Source: Phycisphaerales bacterium
GTDB taxonomy: Bacteria; Planctomycetota; Phycisphaerae; Phycisphaerales; SM1A02
Length of the DNA stretch: 64,000 nucleotides
Assembly: GCA_022446965.1 (NCBI GenBank)
Contig: JAKVBV010000011.1
Coordinates: 1,335 to 65,334 of the forward strand
Reading direction: 5' to 3'
Shown here: positions 1 through 9,737 of the stretch, piece by piece
Position numbering within the stretch: position 1 is the stretch's first letter
Layout: the number at the start of each line of letters is the position of its first letter
Program-made: the position numbers and the translations under genes
The notes under the pieces: generated by a model
The model's input: the letters and a program-made list of their open reading frames with translations, nothing else
What the model was told of the DNA's origin: nothing
Databases searched by the model: none

Positions 1-30
1 TCTTCCCACACCAGTCAAGAGGCGTAGTGC

Positions 31-2136
31 ATGTTGGAGTCCTTGGGCAATGTGGTGCTAGTGATGGCGGGCTTCGGCCTGCTGATCCTCGTACACGAGG
101 CGGGGCACTTCCTCGCCGCCAAGTGGGCGAACATCCGCACTGACGCCTTCGCGATCGGATTTGGTCCGGTGCTGGTGTCATACCGTCGCGGTGTGGGTGT
201 GCGTCTTGGCTCGTGTGACCCCGATGTAGTCCGCCGAGCCGGTGCGCCGCCGCGAGCGTTGACTGATGAGCAATTGGCCAATCACGGGATCGGTGAAACC
301 GAGTATTCGTTGCGTGTCTTTCCTCTCGGTGGATTCGTGCGAATGCTCGGGCAAGACGACGTCGATCCATCGGCTGTGTTTCCAGATCCACGAGCATTCA
401 ATCGAGCGTCAATCGGCCGCCGGATGGTGGTGATCTCCGCCGGCGTGGTGATGAATCTACTGCTGGCTGCAGTGCTGTTTGTCATCGCCTTCTCCATGGG
501 TGTGCACTTTGATGCCCCGGTGGTGGGGTCGGTGCGGCCTGGGTCGGCGGCGGAACTGGCAGTGAATGCTGACGGTGACATCACGCCGATCAAGGCGGGC
601 GACCGCATCGTGCGCATTGACGGGGCACCTACGCCGACATTCGCCGATGTGCAGGTGGCCGCAGCTATGGCGGTGCCCGGTTCCACGTTGGACATCGAAC
701 TGCAACGCGGCGAGGCCACGGTGCAGGTGTTCGCGGAGATTCAGGTGGACCCCGCGACGGACCTGCCGTCCTTGGGTGTGGCCCCTGCGGCGTCAACCAC
801 GGTGTTGGCCAATCCAGCCGTCAAGGGTGTGCTCGACCGCACGGTGTCGCAGTGGGCAGTAAGTGGTCCCACGCCACAACCAGGGTGGACACTCGTCGGC
901 CTGGGGCCCACGGTGGATGATCTTCGTCCTGTGGAGCTGATGGTGGAGCTCGAAGACGTGGCCCGTCGTACACAGGGCCAGACTTTCGCATGGGGCTGGC
1001 GTGATGGTGAGGGCACCGTGCACACTGGCACGGTCGTTGCACAACCGATGTGGCAACGGCTCCGCTATCCCGACGCCACGGGCTCGACGATGGTGGGGTG
1101 GGAAGAAGGCCTCATCGGCCTCGTGCCCATGATCGAGATCAGCTCTGTGGTGCCAGGCAGCGTGAACGATGGCGTGTTGCAAGCGGGCGATCTCGTGCTC
1201 GAGTTTGCCGGCATCAATGCACCACGCATGCGGGAGTTTCGCGAGGGTGTGTTGGCGCACGGCGTGGGCGACGTGGAGATGCGCATCGAACGTGGCGGCA
1301 CCGTGATGGACGTCACCGCTCGCATCGTGCCCCAGAGCACCTTCAATCCCGTACCCAAGATGCACCTCTATCCGGCCTATGCCTGGCACGCACCGCGCTT
1401 CAGCGGACCGATGCCGGCCGTGGCCATGCCTGGTGGTCCCGGGACGCCCGCTCGGACCGCAACACCCGCGGCCGATGCGTCGATTGCTGCCGGTGCGAGA
1501 TTCGCCATCAACGGTCAGGACGGTGTGTCGCCATGGATCGACCTGTGGCAACTGGTACACGGCTCCGTGGTCAAGGCACTGGGCGAAGTGCAGTTCAACG
1601 TGATCGAAGAGGGCGCCACGCGTGAAGTGGCGCTGCAGTTGGATGACACGTGGACGGCGTCTGTCATGGACCTGCATTGGCAGTCACCCATGCCTGTGAT
1701 GTTCTTCGAACCGCTGCAGGTGGAGCGATCCAGTGGCGGTGATCCGATCGAAGCGGTTCGCATGGGGCTGCACGAAACGTGGAACTTCGTCGTGCTCACC
1801 TACGTGACGATCGATCGACTCTTTCGCGGCACGGTAGGCGTGGAGCAACTGCATGGCCCAGTGGGCATCGTGCATTTGGGCACCCGCATTGCCGACCGGG
1901 GCATCGCCTACATGTTGTTCTTCCTGGCCCTCATCAGCGTGAATCTCGCGGTGCTCAACTTCTTGCCGCTGCCAATCGTTGATGGCGGACTGATGCTGTA
2001 TCTGGTGTACGAGAAGGTCAAGGGCGAACCACCCTCGATCGCGTTCCAGAACGGCGCCGCCCTCGTGGGATTGCTGCTCATCGGATCATTGTTCATGGTG
2101 ACGTTCTACAACGACATCGTGAGGCTGATGGGATGA
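31..2136 (+). CDS. rseP: RIP (site-2) zinc metalloprotease, M50 family, RseP-like, long form with extended PDZ-like periplasmic region
   Basis: N-terminal TM segment followed by the HExxH motif 'HEAGHFLAAK'. C-terminal 'NLAVLNFLPLPIVDGG' (the LDG motif of M50 proteases). ATG at 31. Confidence 0.85.
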   Translation: MLESLGNVVLVMAGFGLLILVHEAGHFLAAKWANIRTDAFAIGFGPVLVSYRRGVGVRLGSCDPDVVRRAGAPPRALTDEQLANHGIGETEYSLRVFPLGGFVRMLGQDDVDPSAVFPDPRAFNRASIGRRMVVISAGVVMNLLLAAVLFVIAFSMGVHFDAPVVGSVRPGSAAELAVNADGDITPIKAGDRIVRIDGAPTPTFADVQVAAAMAVPGSTLDIELQRGEATVQVFAEIQVDPATDLPSLGVAPAASTTVLANPAVKGVLDRTVSQWAVSGPTPQPGWTLVGLGPTVDDLRPVELMVELEDVARRTQGQTFAWGWRDGEGTVHTGTVVAQPMWQRLRYPDATGSTMVGWEEGLIGLVPMIEISSVVPGSVNDGVLQAGDLVLEFAGINAPRMREFREGVLAHGVGDVEMRIERGGTVMDVTARIVPQSTFNPVPKMHLYPAYAWHAPRFSGPMPAVAMPGGPGTPARTATPAADASIAAGARFAINGQDGVSPWIDLWQLVHGSVVKALGEVQFNVIEEGATREVALQLDDTWTASVMDLHWQSPMPVMFFEPLQVERSSGGDPIEAVRMGLHETWNFVVLTYVTIDRLFRGTVGVEQLHGPVGIVHLGTRIADRGIAYMLFFLALISVNLAVLNFLPLPIVDGGLMLYLVYEKVKGEPPSIAFQNGAALVGLLLIGSLFMVTFYNDIVRLMG

Positions 2137-2843
2137 GCAGTTCGGCACCAATGGCCATTGTGACCGGCGGTGGCTCGGGCATCGGGCAGGCCACAGGCTG
2201 GCAATTGGCTCAATCGGATTGGGACGTTTTGATCGTTGGTCGACGGGCATCGGCACTGCAGGACACCGCGGCGCGGTATGCCGATCGCATCAGCACACTT
2301 GCAGGAGATCTTCGTGATCCGATGGTATGCGACGCAGTGATCGATCGAGCGAATGCCCACGGTCGGCTTGATGCGATCGTGCACTGCGCAGGTGATGCCC
2401 GATTTGATGCCATGGAGCAGCTGCGTGCTCAGGCGAGTGTTGACACGTTGCGTTCGTACATGGAACTGCACGTGGAGTCGGCACTGCGTCTGGTGACCGC
2501 TGGCTGGTCGTTGTTGCAGGTCGCGGCGCCCGGCCGCGTGGTGCTGGTGTCGTCTTTGGCGGCTCACGATCCACTCGAGCACCTTGGCATCTATGGCATG
2601 GCCAAGTCGGCGCTCGAAGGCCTCGCCCGGGCGACGCACGTGGACAGCGGCGGCGCGATCAAGGCATTCGCTGTGGCGCCCGGATGTGTGGACACCCCGA
2701 TGCTGCACGGCCTTGTCGATGTGGCGGCCCTCCCTGATGCGGTGCATGTCGCCACGGCGCAGGACGTGGCCAGCCACATGTACAGCTTGCTCGAAGGGGC
2801 GCAGGACGAGTGTTCCGGCTCGTCCATCCTGCTGCAAGGGTGA
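2133..2843 (+). CDS. short-chain dehydrogenase/reductase (SDR) family oxidoreductase
   Basis: Rossmann motif 'AIVTGGGSGIGQA' at the N-terminus and 'YGMAKSAL' (YxxxK active site). The start overlaps the rseP stop (ATGA at 2133-2136). Confidence 0.85.
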   Translation: MSSSAPMAIVTGGGSGIGQATGWQLAQSDWDVLIVGRRASALQDTAARYADRISTLAGDLRDPMVCDAVIDRANAHGRLDAIVHCAGDARFDAMEQLRAQASVDTLRSYMELHVESALRLVTAGWSLLQVAAPGRVVLVSSLAAHDPLEHLGIYGMAKSALEGLARATHVDSGGAIKAFAVAPGCVDTPMLHGLVDVAALPDAVHVATAQDVASHMYSLLEGAQDECSGSSILLQG

Positions 2844-2987
2844 CCCCAGCGGGCGATTTGAAGCTTCTGTGAAACAAGGCCTCGCCTGAGGGCTCTTCAT
2901 ATTGGACGTTCATCGTGGGCGTCCAGCGCGGTCACCACGGCCGCACCTGGCCCACGTCGGGCGTATGCACGGGAGCCGTCGATTGCC

Positions 2988-4052
2988 ATGATCGCACCAA
3001 CACCATCTCGACTGCCCAGCGTGCTGGTGCTGGAAAGCGACAGTGCCGTGGCGTGTCGGTTGGTCAATGCCCTTGCTGCAGCTCGCGTCGAAGCGGGGGA
3101 CTGCGGCCCTGAGGCCGTGAGCAGCGCTCAAGATCTGGCCGGGTGCACGGTGGTGGGGCGCATCGGCGATCTGGCCACGATGGATCTGTCGGCCTTCGGT
3201 GTGTGTCTCGCCGCCACAGCACTGTGTGACGCCGTGGGGCCGGACATCATCGCCCTGATCGAGCACCTCGCGCCGGGCTTGCCGGTTGTGGTGGTGGGGC
3301 CCACAGCCGACCTGGCGATGGCGCCGGAGTTCATCCGGGCCGGCGCGGCCGACGTGCTCGTGCTCACCGGCCACGAACTGGTGACCGTGCCACTTTCCTT
3401 GCGCAAGGCGATCGCACAACAACAACTCAAGGAAGAGAACGAGGCACTGCAGCAGAATCTCTCCCGCAGCGCTGCGGAGTTGGCCGAGGCCAATGCCCGA
3501 CTCGAGGGCACCGTGCAGCGACTGCAGATCGCCGTGCGGACCGACGAACTCACCGAACTAATGAACCGTCGTTGGTTGGATGTCACTCTGGAAGCGCGGT
3601 GGGTCGAAGCGCAGCGTCACGATCAAGATCTCGGTGTGATCATGATTGATCTCGATCGCTTCAAGCAGCTCAATGACTGCCGAGGCCATCAGGCTGGTGA
3701 TGAAGTTTTGCGTCTGGTGGGTCGGGTGTTGCGTGACACGTGCCGCGAAATCGACACCGCTGCTCGCTACGGGGGCGATGAATTCTGTGTGCTGCTGCCG
3801 CATGCCGATCTGAAGTCGACCATGGCCGTGGCGCATCGGATTCTCAACGCATTTCACGCTGCACTGGATGCCCGTGAACTGCAGGACACCGTGGACATGT
3901 CCATCGGCGTGGCCTGCCGCAGCATGAGCCGCCCGCAGCATTCGCAGGAGCTGCTGGTGCACGCCGATGCGGCGATGTACACGGCCAAGGGGGCGTCCAA
4001 CCGCGTTGCTGTACATGGCACGTCGGCAGGTCGCTGGACGCTGGCGGGCTGA
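2988..4052 (+). CDS. diguanylate cyclase: receiver-like N-terminal domain, coiled coil, GGDEF domain
   Basis: 'RYGGDEFCVLLP' active site with an upstream RxxD I-site ('REID'). The N-terminal 'VLVLESD...' region resembles a degenerate REC domain. Confidence 0.85.
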   Translation: MIAPTPSRLPSVLVLESDSAVACRLVNALAAARVEAGDCGPEAVSSAQDLAGCTVVGRIGDLATMDLSAFGVCLAATALCDAVGPDIIALIEHLAPGLPVVVVGPTADLAMAPEFIRAGAADVLVLTGHELVTVPLSLRKAIAQQQLKEENEALQQNLSRSAAELAEANARLEGTVQRLQIAVRTDELTELMNRRWLDVTLEARWVEAQRHDQDLGVIMIDLDRFKQLNDCRGHQAGDEVLRLVGRVLRDTCREIDTAARYGGDEFCVLLPHADLKSTMAVAHRILNAFHAALDARELQDTVDMSIGVACRSMSRPQHSQELLVHADAAMYTAKGASNRVAVHGTSAGRWTLAG

Positions 4053-4058
4053 GGTCGA

Positions 4059-4541
4059 TCAGCGTTCGCGTTCGATGTCGCGCTGGTGCGCCTTCTTCTT
4101 CATCGACTCACGCTTGTCGTGCTTCTTCTTGCCCACACCTAGGCCGATCACGAGCTTGGCGCGTGCATCCTGCCAGACGATCTCCAGTGGCACGATGGTT
4201 GCGCCGCGAGCGTTCGCGGCCACGGCCCACTTGCGAATCTCACGCTTGTGGGCGAGCAGCACTCGGGTTCTGGTGGGTTCGTGCTGATGCTTGGGACCCG
4301 CGCCCGGGTATTCGGCAATATGCACCCCATGTAGCGTGAGTTGAGGCGGATCAGCTTGGGCCCGGACATAGCCTTCCTGCAGCGAGGCCTGTCCAGATCG
4401 GATCGACTTGATCTCCGTACCGGTGAGCTTCAGCCCGCACGTCAGCGTGTCCGAGATGAAAAAATCATGCCGGGCCCGCCGATTCCGGATGGCGGGTTCT
4501 CGCGTGTTGGACCGTGCAGATTTGGACCCTCGCTTGGCCAT
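4059..4541 (-). CDS. smpB: SsrA-binding protein SmpB
   Basis: 'IRNRRARHDFFISDTLTCGLKLTGTEIKSIR...LLAHKREI' is typical SmpB. The track ORF (to 4895) is over-extended. I chose the ATG at 4541 ('MAKRGSKS'), which gives about 160 aa. Confidence 0.9.
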   Translation of the reverse strand: MAKRGSKSARSNTREPAIRNRRARHDFFISDTLTCGLKLTGTEIKSIRSGQASLQEGYVRAQADPPQLTLHGVHIAEYPGAGPKHQHEPTRTRVLLAHKREIRKWAVAANARGATIVPLEIVWQDARAKLVIGLGVGKKKHDKRESMKKKAHQRDIERER

Positions 4542-4615
4542 CGGTACATGGTAGATCGTGCCATCGTCCCAAGCGCCCCTGTCCGCCGCCACCTTGATAT
4601 GATGCCGCCCCCCAA

Positions 4616-4701
4616 GCGCGAGTGGCGGAATTGGCAGACGCGCCAGCTTGAGGTGCTGGTGGGAGTAAAATCCCGTGGAGGTTCGAGTCCTCTCTCGCGC
4701 A
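4616..4701 (+). tRNA. tRNA-Leu (anticodon GAG), class II with long variable arm, no encoded CCA
   Basis: Hand-folded. Acceptor GCGCGAG/CTCGCGC. Anticodon stem CCAGC/GCTGG with loop TTGAGGT (anticodon GAG). Variable arm GGGA-GTAAAA-TCCC. T arm GGAGG-TTCGAGT-CCTCT. Discriminator A. Confidence 0.85.
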
Positions 4702-4785
4702 TTGTTTGCTTGGGCCCGCCAGCGACGGCGCTCACGGGGCCTGCACCAGTGGGGCCTTGATTGGAGGCCACGGGCGAGGACAGTC

Positions 4786-5466
4786 ATGGCCAGCCTGCTC
4801 ATCAACGAATGCTTCCACTCGATCCAGGGTGAATCCACCCGGGCGGGATTGCCGTGTTTGTTTATCAGATTGCGAGGATGCCATCTGCGGTGCACCTACT
4901 GCGACACGTCGTACGCATTCAACGAAGGTGATCGTCGATCGATCGACGACCTGATGGCATGGGTTCGTTCGCATGCCACCACGCTGGTGCAGATCACCGG
5001 CGGTGAGCCGTTGCTGCAGGCACCCGTCCATGAGCTCATGACCGCGCTGGCCGACGACGGCCGAACCGTGCTGCTGGAGACCAGCGGTGCGTGTGACATC
5101 TCGCCCTGTGATGAGCGAGTGATCCGCATCGTCGACTTCAAGACCCCTGGCAGTGGCGAAGTGGACCGGAACGACTGGGGCAATGTGGCACACCTGAAGC
5201 AGACGGACGAGGTGAAGTTCGTGCTGTGCGACCGGGCCGACTACAAGTGGGCTCGTGATCGCATCGCCGAACATGATCTGGCGTCCCGATGTGGATGTGT
5301 GTTGCTGTCGCCTGTCCATGCGCAGCCCGGTGACGATCACATCAAGGGTGCCTCCGAGCTCGATCCAGCCGCTGTGTCGGCGTGGATGCTGGAAGACGCA
5401 CTGCCAGCGCGACTGCAATTGCAGATGCACAAGTTCATCTGGAGCCCGCAGACTCGTGGCGTGTGA
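4786..5466 (+). CDS. queE: 7-carboxy-7-deazaguanine synthase (radical SAM)
   Basis: 'LINECFHSIQGESTRAGLPCLFIRLRGCHLRCTYCDT' (CxxxCxxC radical-SAM cluster, QueE-type N-terminus). ATG at 4786 chosen; the track ORF starts inside the tRNA. Confidence 0.85.
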   Translation: MASLLINECFHSIQGESTRAGLPCLFIRLRGCHLRCTYCDTSYAFNEGDRRSIDDLMAWVRSHATTLVQITGGEPLLQAPVHELMTALADDGRTVLLETSGACDISPCDERVIRIVDFKTPGSGEVDRNDWGNVAHLKQTDEVKFVLCDRADYKWARDRIAEHDLASRCGCVLLSPVHAQPGDDHIKGASELDPAAVSAWMLEDALPARLQLQMHKFIWSPQTRGV

Positions 5467-6037
5467 TTTGGAGCTGGTCAGTGGCCCATTGGGCACCTTC
5501 GCCGGTCGTGCCTGGCTCGATCAAGATCTGATCGATGGCTATTGGCCCGATACACCCTGCGTCCTGTGGAGTGGGTCTCGCACTGGCAGCCGCTTTGAGC
5601 CTGGCCCAGCCAACTGGTTGCCCGATGCAAGGGCGGCCTTGACGGCCGCGCTCGAGCGCATGCCCGAGCACGTGCTCGTGCGACCCCACTGGGCGCAACT
5701 GCTCAACGATGTGCCTGGCACCCGGTCGGCATTGCAGGCCGTGGAGGGGGGGCATCGTCTGGCTCTGGATGTGGCGGCGCTGCTGGCCCCGAGCATGGTG
5801 GCCTCGGCTGCGGAGCACATCGAACGAATCATGATGGGACTGGGGGGGCTTTCGGCCTGCGTGCTGCTGACCGACGTGCGTGTGGAAGAGGACGTTTGCC
5901 GTGCGGTTCCACTTGGAGGAGGTAGCCTGCCTGGGCAGGTTGTGGGCGAGCACCTCCAGCAGTGGGTGCCTGATGAGACGCCGATCTGTGTCTGGGCAGA
6001 TGATGAGGAAACGGCGCGGCAGTGGCTGGCTGTATGA
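5456..6037 (+). CDS. hypothetical protein (start uncertain: GTG 5456 or TTG 5468)
   Basis: Open frame with GC-rich third positions between queE and nuoC. No motif recognised. The upstream part of the track ORF overlaps queE and was discarded. Confidence 0.5.
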   Translation: MACDLELVSGPLGTFAGRAWLDQDLIDGYWPDTPCVLWSGSRTGSRFEPGPANWLPDARAALTAALERMPEHVLVRPHWAQLLNDVPGTRSALQAVEGGHRLALDVAALLAPSMVASAAEHIERIMMGLGGLSACVLLTDVRVEEDVCRAVPLGGGSLPGQVVGEHLQQWVPDETPICVWADDEETARQWLAV

Positions 6038-6047
6038 TGCAGCCCTC

Positions 6048-6596
6048 ATGACCGCTCTCGAACACCATGCCGTCACCCGGGTTGTTGAAGCCTTCGGCGA
6101 TCGCACGCTGAGCCGCACGAATTTCCGTGACCAGACCACGCTGATCGTGCAGCCTGAGGACGCCCATGAGATTCTCCGCTTCCTTCGGGATGACGCCGCA
6201 TGCGACTACGCCTTGTTGGTGGACGTCACCGCAGCGGACTACCTCGAATACCCGGTGGATCAACCGGGGCGATTCGGTGTGGTCTGGGTGTTGCGCAGCC
6301 ACACCCACGACGATCTGCTGCTGGTGAAGACGTGGCTGAATCCGTCGATCGACACCAGCGGCATCGAGCACGATCCGGCCCTGGAAGTGGACAGCGCCTG
6401 TGACATCTGGCCCGGTGCCGAGTGGCGGGAGCGTGAGGTGTTCGACATGTTCGGGATCCGCTTCAACGGGCACCCCGATCTTCGCCGCATCCTCACCTGG
6501 CGTGACTTCCCTGCCCATCCACTACGCAAGGACTACCCCCTGCGTGGTCGCGGTGAGCGTGAGAACTACGAAGTCATCGATCGCGATTCCGTCTGA
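6048..6596 (+). CDS. nuoC: NADH-quinone oxidoreductase subunit C
   Basis: 'WPGAEWREREVFDMFGIRFNGHPDLRRILT...FPAHPLRKDYPLRG' is the NuoC/30-kDa subunit signature. ATG at 6048. Confidence 0.85.
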   Translation: MTALEHHAVTRVVEAFGDRTLSRTNFRDQTTLIVQPEDAHEILRFLRDDAACDYALLVDVTAADYLEYPVDQPGRFGVVWVLRSHTHDDLLLVKTWLNPSIDTSGIEHDPALEVDSACDIWPGAEWREREVFDMFGIRFNGHPDLRRILTWRDFPAHPLRKDYPLRGRGERENYEVIDRDSV

Positions 6597-6608
6597 GTCG
6601 AATCGAAA

Positions 6609-9600
6609 TCAAAGTCCACCAAGACCACGCGGGCTTTCCAGCGTGATCGTGTCGATGGCGGGATCCATGTTCCACGTCATCGCCGTGGCCCGCACTGGCA
6701 ACGGGACGCCGTCATTGAGCACGGCCACGGGATGGCCGGGGCGACCTTCCAGTCGGGCGATCCCGGTGCGGGTGTTGTACTTCAGCGTGTCGGCGTCGGC
6801 CCGTCGTGTTGGTGTGGCCAGATAGACACGGCCATCTGCAATGAGACGTTCCACTGTGGCTTCGCCATCGAAGTCCAGCGGTGCCGGTGTGTCGGTGGCG
6901 GTGTCCTGCGTGCCAACCTGTCGTCGGGTGACGGCTCGCACGGTGTCGGCGGTCAGCGTGGCGATGTCCATGGCATCCTGTTCGCCCTTCCACTGGCCTT
7001 CAACCATGCCCTTCATGTCGATGGTGTAGCGACCGTCGGTCGTGCGGTTCATGTGCAGTGTCTTCTGCCAGGTGAACCGCGCCGTGCCCGCACCGCGGAA
7101 TGGTCCGTCGGAATCAGCGCCGGCCCAAGCCGGCTGTCGTGTGACAAAGTCGCCTTGACCTTCCACCGATGCCTTCACGTTGAGGTCGTCCCACGTGATG
7201 CGTTCGCCGCCGATGTAGATGATCTCGGGCGTTTCCAGTCTGGCTTTGGTGGGCCAGGTGCGGCGTTCCAGTCGGGCCTGGCCCGATGCGATCATGCGCG
7301 AGAGCACTCGTCCGTCGGTGCCCAGCAGATCACCGTTGCCGCTGGTGGTCGGTGTCTGCTGCGCCGTGGCCGCGGTGGCGAATTCCAACCGCAGGCCGTC
7401 GCCATGCAGGCTTGCTCGTTCGGTGGGTTGTTGTTGTGACACCACCGCGACGGCGCCGGCCAGATCGAGTGCGCCTGCGCCATCGCCGAACTTGGCGTCG
7501 TACAGCAGGCCGTCGTTCCATGTGGCCTGCATGCTCACCACCCGCTTCACGCGGTCGGTGGGCGCAGGTACGGCGGGCCGCGTGATGCGGTGATCCTGCA
7601 TCACGTCGATGGGGCGGGCAAGCAGTCGAGCTCGGCCACCACCAGGCCAGGACGCCCGGCCTTCTTGTCGTTCAATGAGCACTTGCTTGCCGTGTTCGAT
7701 CAAGAGATCGCTGCGGGCCACCACGATGTTCTCGCCTTTGAGCAGCACCTTTTCCTGCCGTGCGTCGCCTTCGAGCACGTCGGCGAAGGCACGGGCACCA
7801 TCGGCCAGCAGCACCTGCACATTGCCCTGAGCGAAGAAGTCCTTCACACGGGCGTCGGCGAAGGGGTCATCGCTCGGTGCAGTGTCCGCTGCTGCCACAG
7901 GGTGTGGTGGCTCGAGCGTGGCGGTAAGCGTGTCGGTCCAGATGGTCTGATCGGCATTGCGGGCCATCACCTCACCCGTCGCCTGCATGCGGTCAGGGTG
8001 AGATTGTCCATCGGGTCCCGGCGCGAAGTGCATCTCCATGGCCTCGGCGTCGATGGCACCATCAGCGCTGCGCACCTGCACGTCGCCGTTGAAGCGGATG
8101 GACCGCATCGAGCCGGCGGCGTCTTCCCCGGCCGGGTCGAAGCGGACGTCCACTCCACCGGTCCATTCGATGCTCATGTCCTGTTCGATCGACGCAGGCG
8201 CTGTGGGATCAAGTTGGGCGGCGTTCTCCGACACGATCGCGGCGGTCAGTGGCGAGGCCGTCAGCAGGTGGGCGCTGCCGGGCACCGCGTCGGCGCCGGC
8301 CAGCCCGGTGTCCATCTCCACCCACAACTGTTCGCTGTGCAGCCAGACATCGTCGGTCATGACCACCACCGGCACCTGGGCATCGCCCACAAGATCGATG
8401 CGGCCTGCGGCCGTGTCGTATTGCATTGAGGCCGCGACAGCGCCCAGCCGGTCGCTCGTGGCCAGCAGACGCACGGGTGTGCCATGCAGGGCCAGCCGGG
8501 CGGCATCGGCATGGGACGGGTGGCTGTGGTTATCGGCCAGCGGCACCATGGTCAAGGGGCCGTCGCACGTGACAAGGATTTCGTCCAAGGCCGGGGTTGG
8601 CGGATCTGTCGCCGCAGCGAGGGCCGCCCAGGCCAATGCTGCACTGGCCGAGGGGGCGGTGCTGGACTGCGACGCACTGGCCACGGCGGTGCCGGGCAGG
8701 TCGGCAGCATCCATCGAAAATGTGACGTCGAGGCGGTCACCCACCGCGATCCGTCGGCCCGAAACGGTGGTCTGCTCGATGCGGATGTTGGTGTCGAGCT
8801 GCACCTGGTACCAGTGGGCTTCGGCTGCGGCACTTTGGGGCGGTGCGTGGTGATTGGATGCGAACATCACCCGCCGTTGTGGAGCTGTACGAGCTGACGT
8901 GGTGGCTCTGGTCTGCATCGCCAGGTAGTCGACGTGCTGCAGGCGTAAGAACTCGATGCGGTTGTCACGGTCGTTGAGCAGCACGATCAGTTCACGCCCG
9001 GCCATGCGTTCCGTGGGCGTGGTGGCCGTGATGGCGTTGGGGCACTCGATACGGCCGGCGAGGTTGTCGAAACTGGCCCGATCGGTACGCACGGTCATCG
9101 CTGGCGTCAGCCCGTCGATCGAAGGGGCGCTACCCGTGGGGTGTGGCGAAGGTTCGAACAGTTCGATGGTCACGTTGCCGATCAGCGCGCCTTCCTCGAG
9201 GGCACGGTCTGGGGCGTGCGCATCAAGGGTGTCTCCGGAGAGCACCACCACCCGACCGCCGCTGAGGAACAACTGCACCTTGGGCTGGTCCATGCGGAGC
9301 CAATGGGTGGGCAGGTCTTGTGGGTCCGGGTCGAGGTGGTCGAATCGATACTGCTGCGCGAGGTCGCCGTTGGCATCGGCCACCTGCACCCATCCGCCGT
9401 GCGCCAGTTCAACCTGCAACTGCGGATCGCCCAGGTCCACCACGGCGGGGGCTTCGCGTTCTCCTGGTCCGGCGATGTCGGGCGCTTCACTGGGCTGGGC
9501 CGAGCGCCGCTGTGGCGCATCGAGCACCATGACCGTGGTGATGGCGGCTGAAGTCAACACGGCACTGGCCGTCACGATCTTGGTGAGGTTGTTCACGGCA

Positions 9601-9737
9601 GGGCCTTCCTGCAATGGGCGGAAACTGTGCGTTGCTCGTTCATGCGACTCCTTCGTGTGAACGATGTGCGAGGTGCAGCCTATCCTTGGGGGCCGATCAT
9701 GGCCCGGTGATCCGTGGGGCCAGGAGATCCTGAACAT
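6609..9737 (-). CDS. large membrane-anchored envelope protein with several OstA/LptA/LptC-like segments (tentative); alternative starts TTG 9614 and GTG 9596
   Basis: Single N-terminal TM ('IVTASAVLTSAAITTVMVL'). Repeated segments of the type 'A..L..D...G...L.G.V' (for example 'ADADTLKYNTRTGIARLEGRPGHPVAVL' and 'FADVLEGDARQEKVLLKGENIVV'). Lies immediately downstream of kdsD. Coding status is solid; the family call is by eye. Confidence 0.6.
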   Translation of the reverse strand: MFRISWPHGSPGHDRPPRIGCTSHIVHTKESHERATHSFRPLQEGPAVNNLTKIVTASAVLTSAAITTVMVLDAPQRRSAQPSEAPDIAGPGEREAPAVVDLGDPQLQVELAHGGWVQVADANGDLAQQYRFDHLDPDPQDLPTHWLRMDQPKVQLFLSGGRVVVLSGDTLDAHAPDRALEEGALIGNVTIELFEPSPHPTGSAPSIDGLTPAMTVRTDRASFDNLAGRIECPNAITATTPTERMAGRELIVLLNDRDNRIEFLRLQHVDYLAMQTRATTSARTAPQRRVMFASNHHAPPQSAAAEAHWYQVQLDTNIRIEQTTVSGRRIAVGDRLDVTFSMDAADLPGTAVASASQSSTAPSASAALAWAALAAATDPPTPALDEILVTCDGPLTMVPLADNHSHPSHADAARLALHGTPVRLLATSDRLGAVAASMQYDTAAGRIDLVGDAQVPVVVMTDDVWLHSEQLWVEMDTGLAGADAVPGSAHLLTASPLTAAIVSENAAQLDPTAPASIEQDMSIEWTGGVDVRFDPAGEDAAGSMRSIRFNGDVQVRSADGAIDAEAMEMHFAPGPDGQSHPDRMQATGEVMARNADQTIWTDTLTATLEPPHPVAAADTAPSDDPFADARVKDFFAQGNVQVLLADGARAFADVLEGDARQEKVLLKGENIVVARSDLLIEHGKQVLIERQEGRASWPGGGRARLLARPIDVMQDHRITRPAVPAPTDRVKRVVSMQATWNDGLLYDAKFGDGAGALDLAGAVAVVSQQQPTERASLHGDGLRLEFATAATAQQTPTTSGNGDLLGTDGRVLSRMIASGQARLERRTWPTKARLETPEIIYIGGERITWDDLNVKASVEGQGDFVTRQPAWAGADSDGPFRGAGTARFTWQKTLHMNRTTDGRYTIDMKGMVEGQWKGEQDAMDIATLTADTVRAVTRRQVGTQDTATDTPAPLDFDGEATVERLIADGRVYLATPTRRADADTLKYNTRTGIARLEGRPGHPVAVLNDGVPLPVRATAMTWNMDPAIDTITLESPRGLGGL

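Noticed and set aside
4616-4701. tRNA-Leu as an integration hotspot for a genomic island
   Set aside because: There is no integrase, no direct repeat of the tRNA 3' end and no compositional shift next to it. The flanking genes (smpB, queE) are housekeeping.
4702-4785. Possible riboswitches: preQ1 upstream of queE, FMN upstream of ribE (17960-18082), ZTP upstream of purH, Moco upstream of moaC
   Set aside because: None of the conserved cores I know is present (the preQ1 A-rich tail, the FMN 'GGGCGGGGCGAAATTCCC'-type core, or the ZTP pseudoknot). For purH and moaC there is essentially no 5' UTR space. Covariance-model scans would be needed to be certain.
4542-4895. N-terminal over-extensions of track ORFs: smpB to 4895, citrate synthase from 28945, amidohydrolase from 25070, BamB-like to 18385, guaA from 37011, scpA from 10453, nuoC from 5880
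   Set aside because: The extensions overlap neighbouring genes or the tRNA. They lack homology-like sequence and precede an internal ATG that gives the canonical family N-terminus. I trimmed each to the internal start.
4932-4949. 18-bp perfect palindrome TCGTCGATCGATCGACGA inside queE
   Set aside because: CGATCG-type palindromes recur throughout this genome (for example near 1811). It lies in-frame in a conserved enzyme ('DRRSIDD'), and chance expectation in 64 kb is not negligible. There is no evidence of a binding site.
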